From a virus: 36,631 nt of DNA. A program made the position numbers and the translations under genes. The DNA lies in IMG/VR virus record IMGVR_UViG_3300045988_020874, positions 1-36,631 of that record; one strand, written 5' to 3'. The notes beneath the pieces were generated by a model. The model ran no database searches. It saw only the letters and a program-made list of their open reading frames with translations, and was not told where the DNA came from. Positions 22,802 to 31,134 of the stretch are shown piece after piece; position 1 is the stretch's first letter, and each line of letters opens with the position of its first letter.

Positions 22802-23447
22802 TCACTCATCACCACCAATCCGGCTTTTTTTATGACATCTGCGGCTATTTCTTCGCCAGTCCTTGTTGTTGCTGTTTGCTTTTTGCTGTTATCAATTAAA
22901 TCAAAAAATGAGACAGAAAGATAATTTCCACCAAATGCCTGTGAAACGCTCTCGGTTATATCTCTCAATCCGTCGGTTATATACCGTTTGTAAATTAGTT
23001 CCTCTGTCTTGTCTAAAATATTGGCTTTGACATACAGTAGAAAGCCTTTTACGCTTCTTCCTCTGTATTCTCCTGCGCATCGCCAGAGGGTTCTTCTATT
23101 GCGCTTGTTGGCGCTGAGAAAAAAAGCTGACGTACCTCCGGCTCATTGACAAGGTCAACAACACCTTTGATAACATCCATTAATTTGTGCTTTTTCTTGT
23201 ATTCCTCGACGCTCTGTAATTCAAACGCTGCTAAAATTCCAATTACATCATCTTTGTGCGTTTTTAACAGCTTAGGAGCTGTTTTAGCCCCTCTAGCAAA
23301 GACTTTGATGTATTTCTCTCCTTCCTGCGGTACAAGCTTCTGGCAAAGTTCAAGCGCCACGTCATCATCTACGATATTGCCGATATACTCAAGGGAATTT
23401 GCAATCGCTTCTAATCCCTGTTCTGCTGTTAAATCTGATAATCTCAT
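22798..23447 (-). CDS. Tail assembly chaperone, long form made by -1 programmed frameshift (gpGT-like)
   Basis: The -1 frame is open from just upstream of the slippery run to the TGA at 22798-22800. It has no ATG/GTG start of its own (only one mid-ORF TTG). The downstream part reads ...KGFLLYVKANILDKTEELIYKRYITDGLRDITESVSQAFGGNYLSVSFFDLIDNS...EEIAADVIKKAGLVVMSD. Confidence 0.65.
23049..23447 (-). CDS. Tail assembly chaperone, short form (gpG-like)
   Basis: 132-aa acidic ORF between the major tail protein and TMP genes. Confidence 0.75.
   Translation of the reverse strand: MRLSDLTAEQGLEAIANSLEYIGNIVDDDVALELCQKLVPQEGEKYIKVFARGAKTAPKLLKTHKDDVIGILAAFELQSVEEYKKKHKLMDVIKGVVDLVNEPEVRQLFFSAPTSAIEEPSGDAQENTEEEA
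23119..23125 (-). promoter_or_regulatory. Slippery heptamer for -1 ribosomal frameshifting
   Basis: The minus strand reads CAG CTT TTT TTC in the zero frame, which contains U UUU UUC (seven T in a row). Confidence 0.6.
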
Positions 23448-23457
23448 GCTTTACCTC

Positions 23458-24033
23458 CTACGCCGCTTCGCCTGTTTTGATATAGACCTCGTAAGGTACT
23501 GTCTCTATGTTCTCAATGCTGTAATGTCCTGTGTATTCGAAGTCAAAATTCCCTTTTGCCTTATCGTCAGATTTAACCTTGAAACCGCCCGTTGAAAGTG
23601 CGTTCATGATTTTAATTGCGATAAATCCGGCGGAATCCCCGGAATTTTCGTCTGAATAGTCACCAATCCACCAAATATCCTTAAAATCTTCTGCTTTTAA
23701 ATCTGCTCTTGGTGTAATTTTATTCCCTGCTACGTCTGCCGCCGCCATAAAGCTTTTAGCCTGTGTGGTATCCATGGTAACAGCTGTACCTGATAATTTT
23801 ACTTCGATAGATTCGATTTTTTTTAATTCCTTTGTGTTTTCAGGCACATTGTCAATGTCTTCGCCAAAATCGGTAAAAGATGGCTCTGCGCTAAATTCGC
23901 AACCACCGCTGGTGGCCATAAGGATATTGGCTGGTGTTATAGCACCCGTCTCTGGCTCGAAAGTTGATGCGATAATGCCAGCATTAAGCTGGATTTTTTT
24001 AAAAAGGTCAGAAGGTACCTGTGTATACTTCAT
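23458..24033 (-). CDS. Major tail protein
   Basis: 191 aa. Position and beta-rich composition fit. No tail-sheath gene is present, so a siphovirus-type tail is inferred. Confidence 0.75.
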   Translation of the reverse strand: MKYTQVPSDLFKKIQLNAGIIASTFEPETGAITPANILMATSGGCEFSAEPSFTDFGEDIDNVPENTKELKKIESIEVKLSGTAVTMDTTQAKSFMAAADVAGNKITPRADLKAEDFKDIWWIGDYSDENSGDSAGFIAIKIMNALSTGGFKVKSDDKAKGNFDFEYTGHYSIENIETVPYEVYIKTGEAA

Positions 24034-24045
24034 TTGCTCACCTCG

Positions 24046-24411
24046 TTAAATAGTTATAAATTGCATAGTTATTACTGTGTATCTGCGTACTATTGACGAG
24101 TCGGCTTCATCAACTAAAGGAGTCCACGGCTGGTCTTGCGACAGAAAAATGATTCCATCATCGCACTTGACCGTGGTTCCTCCTTGCAGCCTGTCGCTGA
24201 TTTCTTTTGCCTTTTTGTTTGGAATTGCCTCTGATTCTGTGTGGTACCATACGTTTACAGTGCTGGCGGCGGCTGTGCCCGTCCACCAGTTTGCTGTAAT
24301 TGGTTCGTATGTGATAAAAGGGAATGCGGTATCCTCCGGCACCCTGTTAGACGGATATGCAGTTATGCCAAAAGAAGACCAGAACTGATACAGTGCCGCT
24401 GTTGGGGTCAT
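24046..24411 (-). CDS. Tail completion / tail terminator-like protein (tentative)
   Basis: 121 aa from the ATG at 24411, which has an ATGA overlap and RBS GGGAG. The track ORF starts at the GTG at 24426. Assigned by position in the head-tail joining block. Confidence 0.5.
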   Translation of the reverse strand: MTPTAALYQFWSSFGITAYPSNRVPEDTAFPFITYEPITANWWTGTAAASTVNVWYHTESEAIPNKKAKEISDRLQGGTTVKCDDGIIFLSQDQPWTPLVDEADSSIVRRYTVITMQFITI

Positions 24412-24755
24412 GACGTTAACTCCCACTTCTCCGCCATGACCTGCGCTATGTCTAAATTAGACGACGCAGGGGTTTCTTTTTCTCCTGCATTTGATGTAAC
24501 TCTAAAAATTTTTCCGTCTTTTGTTTTTAATACATCGTGATAGCTCAGCTTTACTGTTTTAGCTGTAGTAATTGTATATGTTGCTGTTACGCCCTCTTTC
24601 TCTGCCACTCTGGCAGACATAGAGGTATCTCGGACTATTGCCGCCTGTATTTTAGCGCCCTCGACCCACTCGGTGATAAATCCACCCTCGCCGTCGGAAG
24701 TGCGCTTTTTATCCATTAGTATGCAATCCTGTAAAAATTCGTTGATTAAACTCAT
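24408..24755 (-). CDS. Head closure / head-tail adaptor protein (tentative)
   Basis: 115 aa from the ATG at 24755, which has an ATGA overlap and RBS GGAGGA. The pattern D.GG....W......A.I...S is typical of Phage_H_T_join-like proteins. Confidence 0.5.
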   Translation of the reverse strand: MSLINEFLQDCILMDKKRTSDGEGGFITEWVEGAKIQAAIVRDTSMSARVAEKEGVTATYTITTAKTVKLSYHDVLKTKDGKIFRVTSNAGEKETPASSNLDIAQVMAEKWELTS

Positions 24756-25231
24756 GCCATTTTCCTCCATGGGTTCAGGCGCGCCCTAAAGGCATCCTGC
24801 CACGTGTAAGCCTCGCCTTTAGAGTTTGTTGCCCTGCTGTACGAATAGCCGGCAAATGACTCCGACTGATATGCCCCTAAATTGCCGTTTTTCGCCTGCC
24901 ACTCGCTGATTTCGTCCACCAGTGACAAAAACGGTTTAGGGATAGCCAGCGGAACCACTACGCCGTCAAACGTCTCCTCCTGTAACGGGGCAGTATCGCC
25001 TTTGTGATACTGATAAACCCCGTCATTAAATATGGAGCCGCTAATTAAATAATATTGCCCATCCTGTAGCGGGAGGCGAATCGCGGTGTCGGAATAACGT
25101 AGGTCTTTGGCGTCTGCCGTTGCATCTATGTGCGTGTCAAAAATCCATTCCCCTATTGTTATCTTGCCTGTGATTGCCGCCCCCTTGACCGGAAAGAAAT
25201 TGTGAATGTGATTCATGATTTCATAAAGCAC
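24752..25231 (-). CDS. Head-tail connector-like protein (tentative)
   Basis: 159 aa with a GTG start at 25231 and RBS AAGGGGA. Lies immediately after the major capsid gene. Confidence 0.45.
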   Translation of the reverse strand: MLYEIMNHIHNFFPVKGAAITGKITIGEWIFDTHIDATADAKDLRYSDTAIRLPLQDGQYYLISGSIFNDGVYQYHKGDTAPLQEETFDGVVVPLAIPKPFLSLVDEISEWQAKNGNLGAYQSESFAGYSYSRATNSKGEAYTWQDAFRARLNPWRKMA

Positions 25232-25245
25232 TCAATCATCCCCTT

Positions 25246-26133
25246 TTATTTTGTGGCTGCCTCTGCGGCTGCCTCTGCGGCTGCCTCTGTGGCTACTACA
25301 ACGCCGTCAAGTCTTTCCGCCAACAGTACAATGCCACTGATTACAGTATCGGATGCCGTAAGATTTGTGTAATCTGCCGTCTCGTGGATACCAATATAGC
25401 CTGTCTGATCTGTAGTAAAATTAAAAGCTTTGCTAAGTCCTGCGCTTGCAGCGGAAACGTAATAAAGCACAATATTATCCTTTGCTGTTGCGTAAACAGT
25501 ACCCTTCGGAACAGACGAGTTTAAAATAACTGTTCCCAGACCTAAGAAGTTCTCAATATATGTCATTCCGAATGCTGTCTGTGTGGAAATCTGTGCACTT
25601 TCAAGGTAATCTGCTACGTCTAGCTGATTTACAAAAAACACAGATTCGATTTCATCGTCTTCAAATAGAGCCTGTAATTTTCCCCATGCCTGTGCCAGTT
25701 TACCTTGTAATCCTTTTCCCTGAATCTTTGTAGTCCCAGTCCCGAGGAAGTCAAAAAACTGTTTTCTGATAGCTTTCTGCACGTCTTTGAGCATTCTGTC
25801 AGTAGTCATATCAACCGCCTGGTCGAATCCCTTTTCAATGATTGCCTCTGCTGTTGTAGCTTTTCTCCACTTCTTGAGGGTAATTTCGCCCCAGTTTTTA
25901 GCTGTTGTTTTATACTTGGAAAGTGGAATTGTCTCGCCTTCTGCAACGTCTCCGCTTTCGAGGGTACCTGTTGCCTTATATGTTTTGAGGACCGTTCCAT
26001 CCTGCTTCTGAATTTTTCTTGTGATTCCCAGCGCTTCTGTGAGTTTTTTAATGCTTTCGGAAAAAATTTCGACAAATTCCTGTTCTCTTGCCCACGCAAG
26101 GTCGGCACTGGTAATTAATTTTTCATCTGCCAT
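25246..26133 (-). CDS. Major capsid protein
   Basis: 295 aa, directly after the scaffold gene. Ends with an A/E-rich tail (ATEAAAEAAAEAATK). Confidence 0.8.
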   Translation of the reverse strand: MADEKLITSADLAWAREQEFVEIFSESIKKLTEALGITRKIQKQDGTVLKTYKATGTLESGDVAEGETIPLSKYKTTAKNWGEITLKKWRKATTAEAIIEKGFDQAVDMTTDRMLKDVQKAIRKQFFDFLGTGTTKIQGKGLQGKLAQAWGKLQALFEDDEIESVFFVNQLDVADYLESAQISTQTAFGMTYIENFLGLGTVILNSSVPKGTVYATAKDNIVLYYVSAASAGLSKAFNFTTDQTGYIGIHETADYTNLTASDTVISGIVLLAERLDGVVVATEAAAEAAAEAATK

Positions 26134-26139
26134 ATCTTT

Positions 26140-26736
26140 TTACTCCTTTTCTGTTTTTACAAACGCTTCTTTGTTTGCAATCATCGCGGCGCGCCTTTCT
26201 TCTCTGTCCGAAATTTTCATAATTTCCTCGCGAGTCATTTTCCCTGGCTCACTTTTTGGAGGATTAGACACGTCCGCGCCTTTTGTTTCTTTAGTTGTAA
26301 TATAGTCGGCATACGCTTCTTTGATGCCTTTTTCTACCTCTGTTGCATTCTCAAGTTTGCCGTCAGTTCCGATTTTTAAATTATCAATAGTCTCTTTTGA
26401 TGCTTTTAATGCAAGGTTAATTACTTTACTGGACACGCCGGAATCTTCAAGCATCTTTTTGTATGCGGCTTCTTTCGCATTGTACGATGCCTTCTTGTCC
26501 TGTTCGGCCTTGTAGCCTTCAAAATCTGCGTGTTCCTTCTCGTACTTGCCTTTCCAATCATCCTTTTCGTAGTCCTCCAATTTTTTCTGGAGGTCTGGAA
26601 CTTTCTCTGCGTCCTCTTTGTATTTAGTGATCTCGCCTTTTAAACCTGTAACGGTTGCAGAGTGTTCTTCGATGATCGCGGAAATCTGTTCATCTGTAAG
26701 TGTCATGCTTTTTAAAAAAGCTCTTGTTAATGCCAT
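26140..26736 (-). CDS. Scaffolding protein
   Basis: 198 aa, highly charged K/E-rich and helical. Lies upstream of the capsid gene. Confidence 0.75.
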   Translation of the reverse strand: MALTRAFLKSMTLTDEQISAIIEEHSATVTGLKGEITKYKEDAEKVPDLQKKLEDYEKDDWKGKYEKEHADFEGYKAEQDKKASYNAKEAAYKKMLEDSGVSSKVINLALKASKETIDNLKIGTDGKLENATEVEKGIKEAYADYITTKETKGADVSNPPKSEPGKMTREEIMKISDREERRAAMIANKEAFVKTEKE

Positions 26737-26807
26737 TTGATTACTCCTTTTCTTCGAGGGATTTCTTTCCCTAAATGACTTTATATGTAAATCGCAGTAC
26801 TTCGCGA

Positions 26808-27758
26808 TTACTTTCTAAATGTTTTTGCGGCTTTAAGGGATTTTGCTCCAAATTTGCCGTCAATTTTTAATTTACATTTTGACTGGAAAATGCTAACCGC
26901 ATCTTCTGTCTTTTCGCCGTATTTGCCGTCAGTATCTAATTTCGAGCCGATAGCCCAGTTTAAAAACTTCTGCAATTTTTCAATTTCCCATCCTGCACTT
27001 TTTAGCACTGTAATGCCGTCTAAAAATGTGTAATAGCCTCTTGGCGGCAATTTAGGGAATTTCCCGGTGTATTTACCTTTTTTTGCTGTTTCTTCCTTCT
27101 GCGCCGTCACCGAGAAGTCATGATATAAAATATTTAAATCAAAATTTCCGTCGTTGCCAGTCGAAACCTTGGTCGGAAATACGCCAGAGCTGGTATACTG
27201 CCATGCCATGAGGTCATCTACGTTTGCAGGTTTATAAGATTTGTTTGGTGTCGCTTTAAATGCCATGAGGTTATATCCTTTGTAATAACGTGCAATCCAC
27301 CAGTTTTTACACTTGACCTTGTTTTTATCAATATGCTCTGAGAAATACGACATCCCGGTGTAAACACCAAATTTATAGCCTCTTGACTCAACGACAGTCT
27401 GTGCCGCGTTGATAATCTCAGCAATCTTTGTTTTACTTAGCCCTGCCTGCACTTTGTCCTCGATATCAAACCAAACACCATACTTAAAATGCTTTTTGCT
27501 GATCTTGTCGAGGATGTCGCATACAAGTTTCATGTCTGACTTAGCTTTCGCCGTTGTGGTTGCGTATGTGTAGTTGTATACGCCCCATGGGATGCCTAAC
27601 TCCTCACATTTTTTGTAGTTTGCCTCAAACTTCTTGTCTTTGCCTAAATCTTTGCGGATAATCTTAATGATTGCACCATCACAACCGTATTTCTTTACTT
27701 TCTTCCAGTCGATTGTGCCGTTGTATACCGATACGTCAATAATTTTCTTCTGTGTCAT
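26808..27758 (-). CDS. Endolysin: GH25 muramidase plus a C-terminal PG_binding_1 domain
   Basis: 316 aa. GH25 motifs are IIDVSVYNGTIDW, WFDIED, WIARY, WQYTS, NFDLN. The C-terminal LDTDGKYGEKTEDAVSIFQSKCKLKIDGKFGAKSL is a peptidoglycan-binding repeat. Confidence 0.85.
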   Translation of the reverse strand: MTQKKIIDVSVYNGTIDWKKVKKYGCDGAIIKIIRKDLGKDKKFEANYKKCEELGIPWGVYNYTYATTTAKAKSDMKLVCDILDKISKKHFKYGVWFDIEDKVQAGLSKTKIAEIINAAQTVVESRGYKFGVYTGMSYFSEHIDKNKVKCKNWWIARYYKGYNLMAFKATPNKSYKPANVDDLMAWQYTSSGVFPTKVSTGNDGNFDLNILYHDFSVTAQKEETAKKGKYTGKFPKLPPRGYYTFLDGITVLKSAGWEIEKLQKFLNWAIGSKLDTDGKYGEKTEDAVSIFQSKCKLKIDGKFGAKSLKAAKTFRK

Positions 27759-28072
27759 ACCTGTACTCCTTTGTAATCTTCAAGCACTGTAATCCCATAC
27801 TCAGTGGCGCAGGTGTTCTCGATCTTACATCCTCTTGCCTTTTCCCATCCCTTTGCAAAATATGCAATATCGGCAGTTGATAATAATTCAAGCGATTTTC
27901 CCAGGAACCAAAGCGGTCTGGCATCTGCTGGAGCTGATTGAAAAAACGAATCAATAATCTCTGCTGGCTCCCCTAACAGTTTTTCTGCGCTTTTAATTGC
28001 GTTTTCTCTCTCTTTTAAGATTTCCTCATCTGATTTGCCTTTCATCGGCTGACTAATAAATAATTTCTTCAT
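27755..28072 (-). CDS. Hypothetical protein (105 aa), possibly nucleoside 2-deoxyribosyltransferase-like fold (DUF4406-like)
   Basis: MKKLFISQPMKGKSDEEI...STADIAYFAKGWEKARGCKIE is reminiscent of DUF4406-type proteins. The assignment is weak. Confidence 0.3.
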   Translation of the reverse strand: MKKLFISQPMKGKSDEEILKERENAIKSAEKLLGEPAEIIDSFFQSAPADARPLWFLGKSLELLSTADIAYFAKGWEKARGCKIENTCATEYGITVLEDYKGVQV

Positions 28073-28083
28073 AGCACTCTCTC

Positions 28084-28371
28084 CTATTCTTCTGTGTGGC
28101 AGGTATTGGTAAGTTTTTTATACACGTCCTCATACAACTCCTGTTTATCTCCGTTATAGGTGTATTCGGCATAAATTCCATCTCCGCTGAATGTTGTAGA
28201 AAGCAATGCTTTGTAATTCTGTAGAGTTTTGCATGACCATACAACAAATACATTGCTTAAATCCGCAGGCGGTGTCTGTGGTGTATCTGCATAACCATTC
28301 TTGTTGTACCATTCAACTAATTTCTTTTTACATACACTTTCAAAATGCGCCATTCCTGTAATAATCATCAT
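28084..28371 (-). CDS. Conserved phage hypothetical protein (95 aa)
   Basis: Start MMIITGM at 28371 in an ATGA overlap with the upstream stop. The motif VFVVWSCKTLQNYKALLSTT...YAEYTYNGDKQELYEDVYKK recurs in Firmicutes phages. The longer track ORF is rejected. Confidence 0.55.
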   Translation of the reverse strand: MMIITGMAHFESVCKKKLVEWYNKNGYADTPQTPPADLSNVFVVWSCKTLQNYKALLSTTFSGDGIYAEYTYNGDKQELYEDVYKKLTNTCHTEE

Positions 28372-28775
28372 TCCATCGCTCCTTTTAATTCGTCTGCAAT
28401 GATTGCTGTGTATTCTTTTGCGTAATTTGCCGCCGCCGGTTTTAAATATGGCTGCGCTCTCTGACCGTTTGTAATATGCCACTGTCCTTTATCATCCTGA
28501 TAAGTCCACGGGGTCTTTCGCCCTCCCTTGTAATACATACCAGTTCCCAACTCTACATAGGCGGCATATTCTTCGTTGCTGCCTATTATCTCTGTGAGAT
28601 TTTCCAAATCGGTCCGATGCGTAATACTGTTTCTCAACGCGCCTGTATCGACCGGGCAAAGGTCTTTTGCGTGCCCTTCCGCGGCGGCTCCTGCCTGTTC
28701 TAACGCCCTTGAAAGTGCCATGGTGGTTTTGAGTATCACTTCGTCCACGTGGCTCACAATATCAATGTCCGCCAT
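28368..28775 (-). CDS. HK97 gp10-family protein (tail/neck component)
   Basis: 135 aa from the ATG at 28775 (TAATG overlap). The motif PVDTGALRNSITH is present. The longer track ORF 28368..28916 is rejected. Confidence 0.65.
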   Translation of the reverse strand: MADIDIVSHVDEVILKTTMALSRALEQAGAAAEGHAKDLCPVDTGALRNSITHRTDLENLTEIIGSNEEYAAYVELGTGMYYKGGRKTPWTYQDDKGQWHITNGQRAQPYLKPAAANYAKEYTAIIADELKGAME

Positions 28776-29773
28776 TATATTCGCCCCCTTTGCGTTGCTA
28801 ACCATTCGTAATAGGTCATGTCTTCTATGACTTCGTTTCTGCCTGTCTCTGGGTTCCTGACGCGTATCATTCGCGGTTGTGCCAGTTCGGTAGGAAGTGC
28901 AGTTCTCTGTGTACAACGACAGTTATAAACTTCCGCCGGGATTCCGCTTGGGTCTCCCGGATACATAAGACCGTTTGAGTACGCCATGTTAAACGGTACT
29001 TCCTCACCGTCTAATGCCCTGTGGCTGTCTCGTGTTCTCAGGTCCTTTGTCGCTGTCCAATGCTTAACTACATCAATTCCCATCTGGTAGGCTTCCTCAT
29101 ATGCCGCCTGCCTGCCCCCATTTTGCGCACCTGTGAACGCTGTGCGGGCGTTTCTAATTGCGGCAGTATGATTCATTCCTGTAACGTCCTGAAATCGCCC
29201 TGCGAGCTTTTTTATGCTGTCACCCTGCAATATTCCTTGCAATAGTGCATTTTGCAATTTCTTCTTGTTCCAGTGCACATCCTTGCTTTTTAGTACCCTA
29301 CGCGGTGGAAGAATCTTCTGCTTTCTGACCGTCAGCCGTTTAACTGTGTGCTCGTCAACTAGATTAAAAGCAATATCTCCAATCTCTTTTATCTGCTTAT
29401 CAGGCATAAGAGATTTAATCATATACGCCTCGAAGTTATGATTAAGAGCAATCACAAGTGGGGTTTTCTCATTGATGTATGCCGCGGCAATCTGGTTTGA
29501 TTCTGTCAGCCGCCGCGCCATGTCCTCGCGGAGTGCTTCCCACTTCTGTCCTCTGCCATACTGATTCATTAGCCATGCTTCAAATTCTTTCTTGGTGTAC
29601 TTTCCTGCCTGGTATGCCGCGTATTCTTTAGCGTACCGGCTAGAAAACTGTTTAAAATAGTTTCTCGCTTTGCCGTCAAGCTCCTTTTCAGCCTGTTTAT
29701 ATACGTCTGTCAGCCGTTTTTCTAACTTTTGTAACTCCTGCTCTGTCCACTTGTCGGATGGATACATGGTCAT
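28775..29773 (-). CDS. Minor head protein (SPP1 gp7 / Phage_Mu_F family)
   Basis: 332 aa with WTATKDLRTRDSHRALDGEEV and YNCRCT motifs. Follows the portal gene. Confidence 0.8.
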   Translation of the reverse strand: MTMYPSDKWTEQELQKLEKRLTDVYKQAEKELDGKARNYFKQFSSRYAKEYAAYQAGKYTKKEFEAWLMNQYGRGQKWEALREDMARRLTESNQIAAAYINEKTPLVIALNHNFEAYMIKSLMPDKQIKEIGDIAFNLVDEHTVKRLTVRKQKILPPRRVLKSKDVHWNKKKLQNALLQGILQGDSIKKLAGRFQDVTGMNHTAAIRNARTAFTGAQNGGRQAAYEEAYQMGIDVVKHWTATKDLRTRDSHRALDGEEVPFNMAYSNGLMYPGDPSGIPAEVYNCRCTQRTALPTELAQPRMIRVRNPETGRNEVIEDMTYYEWLATQRGRI

Positions 29774-31128
29774 TCATCCCCTTCCGGGTCATCTTCCGGC
29801 GTATTGGGTTCAATCGGCTCCGTGTAGCGGTTATATGATTCTTCGTCCAACTTTGCCAAAATGTCCGGTACTTCCTCCGGTGCGACAAACGGTAATTTTT
29901 TCAGGATGGTTTCTTCATCCAGATAATTTGCTGCCTCAAGAATCATATCTGTACGCTCTTTCTCGTTACTGATTCTGTTCCGCTTAAATTGCGGCTCGTC
30001 ATCAATCCCTGCAAGCTCCAGAATTTTCTCGATTGCGTCACCCACGAAGTACTCAAAATCGTCCGCGTTATCGTCTAATGGTTGGTACGCAGCGTCGATA
30101 TGGTCGTTTGTTGCTCCGGCGGCTATGGCGTGTACATCCAGCGCCCCGAAGTCCTCATAAATCTCTGACCGCATCTGCGTGAGAAACTCTTTTCTGGCGG
30201 TATACGGCGGCTCTTGCGTGTATGCCTGTACCTGCCCCTCCTCAGCCTTTGCGATGTGCTGAAATTTGAGCCGGTCTCTAAACTCCGTCAGCTCATCATC
30301 TGTCATACCGTCAGCATTGGAAATGAGCCAATACATCTGCGCACAGTCGTCCAGATCATTGGCAAAACCACTTTGCACCGCGTCGTAGGCATCAATCTTT
30401 GACCGCATCCCCCTCAAGGTGCTTATGTGCCTTTTGTTGCCAAACATTGGTACAATAGGGAGGCTGCTATAATTTTCTTCTCCGATGACTTCGGGTTCCA
30501 AATTATTAGCAACCTCGACTCTTTGTCTGTATGCCCGTTTGGGAGCGGTCTCTTTTAATTCCCCGAATTTGCTTTCTGCACTGTAGGTTGTGTAGCCATC
30601 CACCTCGTACAGTACAACCTTAAACGGTTTCTGCTCGTCTAACTGCCAGAATCTTATGCCTGCCATCAACGCCCCTGTGTCCTCGTCCCACATCGGGGCG
30701 AACTGTGTAAGGGGAAATTCGTGCACGTGGTCTACATTCCAAAAAAGGAAGGACTGACCGTGAATTAATGCATTGTATGCCGCCTCTTTGATTCTCCTGT
30801 CAAACTGTTTGCCCAGTTTATCCTTGACACTCATGTCATTAAAAAAGACACCGTTTCCCAGACTGTATGAACAACGCTGCGTATTTAATTTATGAAAGAA
30901 ATTAGAGCATATCTGTGCGTTTGATGAGAAATTATCCACCTTTTTTTGACCTAATAGAGTGTAATAAACACGCTGGAACTGCAAGATGGTCTCATTTTCC
31001 TGTGCATCGTACTTATCCGCCTTTAGTGCCTCTTTGTATGCTCCTGTACTCTCGTGGAATTTTATAAACTGATTTATAAATTGCCCTTTGTCTTTTGCGG
31101 CAATAAAATCTTGATATGATAAATACAT
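29770..31128 (-). CDS. Portal protein (SPP1 gp6-like)
   Basis: 452 aa. Size, position after terL and an acidic C-terminus fit. Confidence 0.85.
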   Translation of the reverse strand: MYLSYQDFIAAKDKGQFINQFIKFHESTGAYKEALKADKYDAQENETILQFQRVYYTLLGQKKVDNFSSNAQICSNFFHKLNTQRCSYSLGNGVFFNDMSVKDKLGKQFDRRIKEAAYNALIHGQSFLFWNVDHVHEFPLTQFAPMWDEDTGALMAGIRFWQLDEQKPFKVVLYEVDGYTTYSAESKFGELKETAPKRAYRQRVEVANNLEPEVIGEENYSSLPIVPMFGNKRHISTLRGMRSKIDAYDAVQSGFANDLDDCAQMYWLISNADGMTDDELTEFRDRLKFQHIAKAEEGQVQAYTQEPPYTARKEFLTQMRSEIYEDFGALDVHAIAAGATNDHIDAAYQPLDDNADDFEYFVGDAIEKILELAGIDDEPQFKRNRISNEKERTDMILEAANYLDEETILKKLPFVAPEEVPDILAKLDEESYNRYTEPIEPNTPEDDPEGDE

Positions 31129-31134
31129 TTGTCG

